A model generated the notes under the pieces. That model saw only the letters and a list, made by a program, of their open reading frames with translations, did not search any database and was not told the DNA's origin. From Oleiphilaceae bacterium (GTDB lineage Bacteria; Pseudomonadota; Gammaproteobacteria; Pseudomonadales; Oleiphilaceae): 38,337 bases of DNA. Both the position numbers and the translations under genes were made by a program. Below are positions 31,127-37,487 of the stretch, piece after piece (positions within the stretch are counted from its first letter, which is position 1; every line of letters starts with the position of its first letter). The DNA lies in assembly GCA_041589495.1 (NCBI GenBank), contig JBFHVM010000001.1:1-38337 (forward strand), given 5' to 3'.

Positions 31127-31415
31127 CTATACGGGCCTGAAGATCCTCTGTGTGGCCTTTTGTAATCGGGGTAAACCGGTTAATAGGGCGTGTTTCTGTT
31201 GGTCCTTGGCGGTCTCCTGCAGCAGTTTTGCACTTTCGCTACGATCCTGCTCCATGAGTATGGCCAGGGTCTGTAGCAGCGGGGGGCAGATTGCCCGGGT
31301 CGGAGAAGGCTGCTATATCCAGTTGATCTGCTCACGACTCTTGCCTGTAAAGGCGGCCAATAAGTCCCATGTCTGCAATGGTTAATTCGAGCATCTCGTC
31401 CCGCAGGTTGGTCAT
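31127..31415 (-). pseudogene. disrupted small (about 95-105 aa) helical protein gene, family unknown
   Basis: MTNLRDEMLELTIADMGLIGRLYRQES is followed by an in-frame TGA (31334-31332). The same frame continues ADQLDIAAFSDPGNLPP, then a +1 shift inside a C6 run (31286-31281) leads into LLQTLAILMEQDRSESAKLLQETAKDQQKHALLTGLPRLQKATQRIFRPV and a stop at 31129-31127. Confidence 0.35.
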
Positions 31416-31432
31416 GCTGGCCTGTCGGTTGG

Positions 31433-32000
31433 TCACAGCGCAATATGTTTGAGACCGCTGAGCTGCGCGATTAAGCTTGGGAAGTGCAGAGTGGCGCCGC
31501 GTCGACTGATGCAGTAGCGCTGTTCCACTTCAGTCTTGACCAGTTGTCCCAGGTTCTTCAAGGTGTGTAACTGTGAAGCGTTTAGTGTCCTGGGGCAGGA
31601 GTCGATGATGCATAGTGTGCCAACTTTAAAACCCAAGGGCTCATGCAAAGGGGCTCCGGCATAAAAGCGAATATTGGTTTCACCTGTTATAAGAGGATTA
31701 TCTTTAAAACGGGCATCGATACTGGTGTCTTCGATTAGAAACATATGATCGCTTTGAATGGCGTGATGGCAAAATGTGATTTCCCTTGGTGTTTCAGTAG
31801 CCTCGAGAGCCTTGCGCCGACCTGAACCATTGTCTATCGGTATCGACTAATGACACCAGTGCGATATCGACACCAAAGGTGTCTTTGGCAATTGGCGTAA
31901 TGCGATTCAGCTTTGGGTCTCTTCCAGAGTCCAGAATATCCAGTTTTTTCAACTGCTCATAGGCATCTGTTCTTCTAAGCAAAGCATTGTTCAATCCCAC
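31433..32000 (-). pseudogene. stand-alone GAF-domain protein gene with a single frameshift
   Basis: The upstream ORF ends ...DTDRQWFRSAQGSRGY*. The downstream frame reads (L)EATETPREITFCHHAIQSDHMFLIEDTSIDARFKDNPLITGETNIRFYAGAPL.... Removing one base near 31806-31810 restores the canonical WF(K/R)S..G.E..ET.R..SFC.H GAF pattern. Confidence 0.7.
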
Positions 32001-32275
32001 CCGTGAATGCCTAAGGTTGCGATTGCATGGTGCAGTATGGGGGCATTAACTTCGTCGCCAATGCTCGTTTCGCCATTTAATGGTGGGTCATATAGGGAAT
32101 TTCCTGATGCTTCTGGGGAATATTCTGATAGTGACTTTGCACCTGTTTACATACGCTTTGATGAAGTGATTTTTCTAATAAAAAAACCGAGTTGTTTTGA
32201 TGGCTTTGTGATTGGCTCACTTCGTCAACAAGTAGTCATGAGCCGAGACGAACACAGCACTAGAAGGTCGATACA

Positions 32276-32707
32276 ATGAAAACTTTGCATAGTCTCACAA
32301 TTAAACGGGCCGTAACAGGGCAGGGTAATGTTTTAGAAAGCCACCATGTGCATCCCAAGTCCTTTGAAGACCTTGGCACGGCAGGTATGCTCAGTTTTCC
32401 TGTTTGGTTGACGATATTGGTGTGTGTCTTGATTAGCCCTGCGATCGCTTACCTGGATGTAGCAATCTGGGCTTATGTGGCCCTGCTCGCGCTGGTATGT
32501 GTCGAGTCGCTTTGTTTGCGCCTGATGGATGCCGGTGTGTTATTGAGTTTTTCCGCCATATGGATTGAAGTCCTAGAGAGTGTTTTTGTATCAGTCGACC
32601 TGACAGATTTTTATCTGCATATTGTGGTGGGCACTGTGGCCAGCTTTGGGGTGCTGATTATTGCTAGTGTGATATTCATCTATCAAGAGCTCAAGCGCTT
32701 CAGCTAA
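32276..32707 (+). CDS. small integral membrane protein (3-4 TM), unknown function
   Basis: RBS GAAGG. Hydrophobic segments FPVWLTILVCVLISPAIAYL, IWAYVALLALVCV and VVGTVASFGVLIIASVIFIY. The only apparently intact gene in the 31.1-34.8 kb decayed block. Confidence 0.5.
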   Translation: MKTLHSLTIKRAVTGQGNVLESHHVHPKSFEDLGTAGMLSFPVWLTILVCVLISPAIAYLDVAIWAYVALLALVCVESLCLRLMDAGVLLSFSAIWIEVLESVFVSVDLTDFYLHIVVGTVASFGVLIIASVIFIYQELKRFS

Positions 32708-32721
32708 GGTTCATTTCGCTT

Positions 32722-33368
32722 TTAATCATCCAAACTGATCAATCCTTCTCTTAAAGCGTAACGCACCAGGCCAGCGATATCGCGGATCTGTAAACGCTCC
32801 ATAATTTGCGCGCGATGTGTTTCCACTGGCCTACTACTCAGGTTTAGTGTGTAGGCGATTTCCTTGGTGACATGCCCCAAGGCGATTAGCTTTAGTACCT
32901 CTGTTTGACGGGGCGTGAGTATGTGTTCTTTGTCGTTGTTGAGTGAGTCTTTTCATCAAATTCTGCCAGCACCAATCCCGAAACTTTAGGGCTCAAATAT
33001 TGCTGACCAGAGCAGATGGCCTGCAAGGCAAATTTCAGCTCTGTCCCGGCTGAGTCATTGACCAGATAGGCCTTTGCACCCGCTTTCAAGGCACGTATCG
33101 CGATGCTTTTGGATGCATGTATCGACAACACGATAACAGGGAGGTCGGGTTGGCCTTTGGAGAGCAGTTCCAACACTTCGAACCCCGACACATTGCTCAT
33201 GGCCAAGTCACTGATCAGGACATCGGGATGATGCTGATCTACCAGAGTTTGAACTTCCGCGCCGTCGCTACCCTCGGCAACCACCGAATATTCGGGCAGG
33301 CCATCTATGAGCGCTCGCAGGCCGGCCCGAACTAACTGATGGTCATCAACCAGTATGACTTTGGTCAT
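32722..33368 (-). pseudogene. NarL/LuxR-type response regulator gene with a frameshift between REC and HTH
   Basis: The REC frame (MTKVILVDDHQLVRAGL...DVLISDLAMS...) runs into a stop at 32892. The LuxR HTH (LTPRQTEVLKLIALGHVTKEIAYTLNLSSRPVETHRAQIMERL...LISLDD*) lies in another frame. The junction is at an A4/T4 run (32950-32953). Length is 647 nt, not a multiple of 3. Confidence 0.8.
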
Positions 33369-34758
33369 GGTGTATGCGCCTTTTCTGAGAGGGGCAGAGA
33401 CAGGATCATATGGCTGCGCCTGCCAGGGTGGGGGCGAGCTCATCACAATATCGCCGCCCGCGATGAGTGCTCTCTCGCGCATGTAAACCAGCCCGAGATG
33501 ATCTGATTTGGAATGTATGTCAAACCCCACACCGTTGTCTTCGACATCAATTTGTAGGATGTTTTCATCTATTTCTATGTCAATTTTTACCGGGCTGGCA
33601 TGGGCATGGCGCAGAATATTTGTCAGGCATTCCTGAATCATTCTAAAAGCAATGATTTCAGTTTGTTGCGAGAGTTGGGGAATAGTTGTCGATGTAAATT
33701 CGTATTCGATACCTGCAGAATCCAGCAAGCGTTCGCTTAACCATTCCAGTGCAGCTGCCAGGCCCAGCTCACCGAGTTGTGGGGGCTTAGCATCAAAGAT
33801 AGATTGCGCACCTTCGCAATGGCGTGACTGCTCATTGTCAGGAGTTGTTCGGCTTGATGAAGTGAGTCGCGGTCGTTGAGTTGCCGGGCTAACATGCCCA
33901 CTCCCAGACTAATGGCTGTTAACGTTTGGCCTGTTTCATCGTGTAAAGTTGCCGATATTGCTGGTCGCGCTTATAGACCTGAAATTTCATATTGATCTGG
34001 TCGGTGGGATCCATGCAGCACCCAATAACCACATCCTCGTCAAAACCTTGTCTGATACGTTCGCCCCTGATCAGTATGCGGCGCTCGATATCCAAGATTA
34101 AACGCAGTCGACAGGTCAGCTCAAAGGGCTCTTTATATTTTGATTTTGGCAAGTTCTCTACAAGTTGATAGCGGTCTTCATCATCAATCTTTGCGAACAG
34201 GTGGTCGAGGCTGGTGCTTGTCGCCGCTGTGTCCGGGCGAAGCATATCGAGAATGCTTAAAGCACTGGTCGATAGCAATAAACGATTACTTGCAGGGTAG
34301 TACTCCCAGGAGCCCAGTTGAGCGACCACCTGGGCCAACTCAAGATGGCGCAGTGATTTGCGCCGCGCGTCCATGCTTTTTTGCCAGGGGGCACGACTCT
34401 TCAGGACAAGAATATAGCTAGCGTTGTTGCCTAAAAATAATGGTTTAAAGTGCACAGTCAAATAATGAAGAAGCTGTGAGTCGGGCGGAACAAACTGGCA
34501 CCGAATTCTGGTTTTGTTTTCCGTCAATGCGTCCCGCCAGGCAGAGCGGCTTAACGTGGGTATAAATTCCATGATGGCTTTACCCACAATTGCCTCAGAG
34601 TTCTGATTGAGCAGCTTTTCGGCCAGCGGGTTGGCATGCAGAATAGTGAGGTGGTCGCGATCAATGAGTAGGCAAGCCAGTGGCATGCCGTCAATCAGGG
34701 TGTAGTCGTTGGTTATGCTCGAAAGAAGATTGTTTATGGCCATTTGATCGAGTTGCAA
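33365..34758 (-). pseudogene. cytoplasmic PAS-PAS-HisKA_3-HATPase sensor kinase gene with three frameshifts
   Basis: The N-terminal PAS frame ends at 33919. The H-box ISATLHDETGQTLTAISLG is in a second frame (shift near 33953-33962). KPPQLGELGLAAALEWLSERLLDSAGIEYEF plus the HATPase (VEDNGVGF, HLGLVYMRERA) is in a third frame (shift near 33787-33790). The expected tail PGRRSHMILSLPLSEKAHTP* uses a fourth frame segment (shift near 33427-33436), with its TGA overlapping the regulator ATG (ATGA). Length is 1394 nt, not a multiple of 3. Confidence 0.75.
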
Positions 34759-34820
34759 CCTTAGTTAGAGTATAGAAGTAGAATGGCCGCTTCACGAATC
34801 ATTGAACCTGGAGGGCCGTT

Positions 34821-35210
34821 TTGAAACTGAGCTTTACGGAAAGTTGTGGTAATCGAAATGTGCTCTGTCGAGAGGATGAACGGCGCGTAGAAATCTACGT
34901 ATTGGATCAGCAAGACAAAGAAACCTATCTGGTGGTCGCGTTGGCCGGAACTGTTGGACAAGTCCCTGATCGTCTTCGTTGTATGGGCCCATTTTACTCC
35001 CGGGAGCAGGCACAAGGTGCCGTTGCAGCCGTGCAGCATGCGCTGGTTAACGAGGGCTTTGCACCCGTCGCTGAGCGGTGCGAGTGGGAAATGGTCGCCG
35101 CGCGTGAAGCGCGCGCAATTCGTCATGAGCGCGAACTGAATGCGGTGGATGCGGAGTTTGTGCCGCTCGGCATTATGCCGGAAAAACCGGAGCCGAGAGA
35201 GCCTAGGTGA
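34821..35210 (+). CDS. hypothetical 129-aa protein, first gene of a coupled pair
   Basis: TTG start 5 nt after GGAGGG (34810-34815). The stop TGA (35208-35210) overlaps the next gene's start. There is a weak pattern-level resemblance to a WGR-type fold (VEIYVL...YLVVALAGTVGQV...FYSREQAQGAVAAVQHALVNEGF). An antisense ORF of similar length exists, so coding status is not certain. Confidence 0.45.
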   Translation: MKLSFTESCGNRNVLCREDERRVEIYVLDQQDKETYLVVALAGTVGQVPDRLRCMGPFYSREQAQGAVAAVQHALVNEGFAPVAERCEWEMVAAREARAIRHERELNAVDAEFVPLGIMPEKPEPREPR

Positions 35211-36058
35211 TGCGTATAATACTGAGCCGTAAAGGTTTTGATTCGTCGTCTGGCGGTTGTCCCAACCCAATATTGCCTGATGGTCGCCTGGTGGCACTGC
35301 CTATTCCCGATGCAGATTCGCCAGTGACATATAGCCAGTTGCAATACGACCCTTCCATTGCAGAGCTGGCCAGTCAACTCAGTGGTAGACGAATGGCGGG
35401 CCATGGCGCGCATCTCGACCCCGATTTGGAGGCAGGGTTGCAGAGCAGAAATCGCGATTGGCGGCCTGTTCTGGGTCAGCATGGTGCGGCAGAAGGCCAT
35501 CTATGTAACGAGGACGTAGGGGGCGGTGACCTGTTCTTATTTTTCGGCCTGTTTCGTCCTGTTGAGCGGGAAGGGCGACGATGGCGCTTTGTTTCTGGCA
35601 GTGTGTCGCGACATTATATTTGGGGCTGGTTGCTAGTGGATCGCAAGATTGATCTGGCTTCAGAAGTAGTGCCTCAAGCCTATCAAGCGCACCCCCATGC
35701 CTTTGGTGACAGAGGTCGCCGCAACGCGCTTTATATTGCCCAATCGAATCTTTCGTCACTGATCATCTCACCAGTGATTCCGGGTGCCGGGTGTTTTCCA
35801 CTGGCGGTGCCGCAGCTGTGCCTGACGCATCCCGAAGCAACCAGGCCCAGTGTATGGCAACTACCATCGTGGTTCTTTCCGCGAGGTAGGCCACCACTTA
35901 GCTATCATCACAAGCAAGCACGCTGGTCTTTAACAGACAATGGCTGTGAATTGCAGGCAGTGGCGCGTGGTCAGGAGTTTGTGTTGCAGGCCGAGCACTA
36001 TCCAGAGTACCAAAACTGGTTGCGGGAATTGTTTGCATATGGCCTGCGCAAACAATGA
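35210..36058 (+). CDS. conserved-looking protein of unknown function, tentatively Nmad3-like (putative nucleotide-modification-associated domain)
   Basis: The ATG at 35210 (or the GTG at 35207) overlaps the upstream stop (GTGATG). The N-terminal block MRIILSRKGFDSSSGGCPNPILPDGRLVALPIPD, then AHLDPDL...GQHGAA..HL....V..GDLFLFFGLF, is a signature I recall for the Nmad3 family, from memory only. About 282 aa. Confidence 0.55.
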   Translation: MRIILSRKGFDSSSGGCPNPILPDGRLVALPIPDADSPVTYSQLQYDPSIAELASQLSGRRMAGHGAHLDPDLEAGLQSRNRDWRPVLGQHGAAEGHLCNEDVGGGDLFLFFGLFRPVEREGRRWRFVSGSVSRHYIWGWLLVDRKIDLASEVVPQAYQAHPHAFGDRGRRNALYIAQSNLSSLIISPVIPGAGCFPLAVPQLCLTHPEATRPSVWQLPSWFFPRGRPPLSYHHKQARWSLTDNGCELQAVARGQEFVLQAEHYPEYQNWLRELFAYGLRKQ

Positions 36059-36144
36059 GTTTGTACAATACTATTGTTGACTGGCTGGTTATAATGCTTT
36101 GAGCAACTGTGTAGAAGAATAACCCATAACGACACAAGGCAATC

Positions 36145-36771
36145 ATGGAAACAACAAGGCGACAACCGATTCAGGATCGCGGTAAGGAACGCTATCAATT
36201 GATTATTCAGGCCACGCAACGGTTAGTGGGTGAGCGTGGTAATGATCAGGTGAGCATACGGGACATCGCCAAAGAGGCCGGTGTGGCTCCCAGTTCAATC
36301 TACCAGTATTTTGACGACAAGCATGCCATTATCGTTGCGATCATGAACGATTATTTTGATCGTAGCTTCAGCCTGCTTGCGGAGCAGACATCCAGGGCGA
36401 AGTCACTGGCAGAATGGACTGCCGCCATTGAAAGTTCGGTAGATTATTTCTTTGCCATGCTAAGGGAAGACCCCAGTTGGGCAACCATTTGGAGCGGCAT
36501 TCAAGCCAGCCCGGCTTTGCGGGATATCGACAACCAGGATGCCCTGCGCAATGCCGAATTGCTCAAAGATCAATTACAGGGTTTTTGCCCGCACCTGAGT
36601 GACAAAGAGGCTCTATCGGCTTGCTTGCTGCTGGTGCAAATGGCAGGGCTGACGGCACGTATGGCGCTGTTTTCGGATACGCGCCTCGCCGATGATTTAA
36701 TTCAGGAGTTCAAAACGCTATTGCGACTGAGGGTAGCGCAACTGGGCAGTCAGAGCACTAGCGCTAACTAG
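36145..36771 (+). CDS. TetR/AcrR-family transcriptional regulator
   Basis: HTH VSIRDIAKEAGVAPSSIYQYFDDKHAI. 208 aa. Confidence 0.85.
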   Translation: METTRRQPIQDRGKERYQLIIQATQRLVGERGNDQVSIRDIAKEAGVAPSSIYQYFDDKHAIIVAIMNDYFDRSFSLLAEQTSRAKSLAEWTAAIESSVDYFFAMLREDPSWATIWSGIQASPALRDIDNQDALRNAELLKDQLQGFCPHLSDKEALSACLLLVQMAGLTARMALFSDTRLADDLIQEFKTLLRLRVAQLGSQSTSAN

Positions 36772-36782
36772 AGCGGTATCCC

Positions 36783-37127
36783 TTAACGCTCCACCGTTGC
36801 CATATAGAGTACCAGTTGTTCCAGTTGCTCCGGACTGCATTCAAAGCACTGACCGGCTGGAGGCATGCCGCGATAGCCCTGCATCACGCGCTGCATTACG
36901 GTCTCCATACCCACGGACAATACCTCGTGCCAGCGAGCATGATCACCACTCAAAGGCGCTCCCATGGCGGCATTCTCGTGGCAATTCTGACAACTCGTTT
37001 GATAGATGTCATGTAATTCCGCGTCCAGTGTCACCTGTTGCAATGATGGCGTCCTATCGTTCGAGCATGCCGCTAGCGCTATCAACATGAGCATTAGCGC
37101 TGTGCGTTTAATCAAGTGAAAGAGCAT
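36783..37127 (-). CDS. cytochrome c5-like monohaem c-type cytochrome lipoprotein
   Basis: Lipobox LIALAAC-SN. Haem motif CQNCHE (CxxCH). Distal GMPPAGQCFEC block (Met ligand plus Cys pair), typical of cytochrome c5. 114 aa. Confidence 0.75.
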   Translation of the reverse strand: MLFHLIKRTALMLMLIALAACSNDRTPSLQQVTLDAELHDIYQTSCQNCHENAAMGAPLSGDHARWHEVLSVGMETVMQRVMQGYRGMPPAGQCFECSPEQLEQLVLYMATVER

Positions 37128-37163
37128 GGCTGTAGTCCTGTTTTTGTTTTAGGTATTGGTCGT

Positions 37164-37192
37164 ATATTACACAATATGAACAATGTTCACAA
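37164..37192 (-). promoter_or_regulatory. predicted sigma70 promoter of the cytochrome c gene with an embedded 13-bp perfect palindrome
   Basis: On the - strand: TTGTGA (37192-37187), an exactly 17-nt spacer, TAATAT (37169-37164), about 37 nt before the ATG at 37127. The palindrome TGAACAATGTTCA (37177-37189) overlaps the -35 and spacer and is flanked by ACAATAT direct repeats (37171-37177, 37189-37195). Confidence 0.5.
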
Positions 37193-37202
37193 TATTGCTT
37201 TG

Positions 37203-37409
37203 GTCGGACGTCTGACGCTAGACGTCGGACGCAATACGCTATGCCATCACCATCGAAATTTTGAGTTTTGGGAAGAACAAACGAATTCACAAGCGTTACG
37301 CATAGGACGTCAGAGGTCGGACGCTAGACGCTGGAACCATCACCATCTGAGTTTTTTGAGTAGTGTGAAGTGCAAACTAATCCACAAGCGTTACGCTTAG
37401 GAAGTCAGA
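37203..37409. repeat. two tandem composite repeat units, each a heptamer block plus a conserved core of about 72 bp
   Basis: Heptamer block H1 at 37203-37230 (gtcggac gtctgac gctagac gtcggac) and core1 at 37244-37314. H2 at 37302-37336 (ataggac gtcagag gtcggac gctagac gctggaa) and core2 at 37337-37409. The cores share CCATCACCATC...GAGTTTT...CAAAC.AAT.CACAAGCGTTACGC.TAGGA.GTCAGA and are about three-quarters identical by eye. Confidence 0.7.
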
Positions 37410-37472
37410 CCCCAGACCCCAGACCCCAGACCGCAGACCCCAGACCGCAGACCGCAGACCCCAGATCCCAGA
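37403..37472. repeat. 10-copy heptanucleotide tandem repeat (CCCAGAC/CGCAGAC; GGGTCTG-type on the - strand)
   Basis: gtcagac cccagac cccagac cccagac cgcagac cccagac cgcagac cgcagac cccagat cccagat, ending 16 nt downstream of the methyltransferase stop codon (37488-37490). On the - strand it gives at least four GGGG tracts. Confidence 0.9.
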
Positions 37473-37487
37473 TCCCCAACGCCACGA

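Noticed and set aside
31332-31334. The in-frame TGA as selenocysteine or other recoding.
   Set aside because: No SECIS-like hairpin is evident immediately downstream. The same gene also carries a frameshift and its neighbours are decayed, so a nonsense mutation is more likely.
31092-31385. + strand ORF of 97 aa (MDFGLFGLDCLGYTGLKILCVAFCNRGK...).
   Set aside because: The translation is Cys-rich and not protein-like. The opposite strand gives protein-like helical sequence in shifted frames, so I interpret the locus as a - strand pseudogene.
32007-32279. 90-aa ORF whose TGA overlaps the ATG of the 32276 membrane-protein gene (ATGA).
   Set aside because: It overlaps the start region of the GAF gene on the other strand and covers an AT-rich, promoter-like stretch. 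It has no recognisable RBS or motif. The overlap could be coincidental, so I left it unannotated.
32722-34758. Programmed ribosomal frameshifting or a natural kinase-regulator fusion as an explanation for the merged 32892-33728 ORF.
   Set aside because: Four separate shifts of both signs are needed across the two genes. Only some fall in homopolymers, and no slippery heptamer with a downstream structure is evident. The ancestral ATGA stop/start overlap is still visible in the shifted frame. Decay or sequence error is the simpler explanation.
37203-37472. Possible CRISPR array.
   Set aside because: The repeats are 7 nt and directly abutting, or are roughly 72-bp cores, with no unique spacers of 25-40 bp. 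There are no cas genes in the window.
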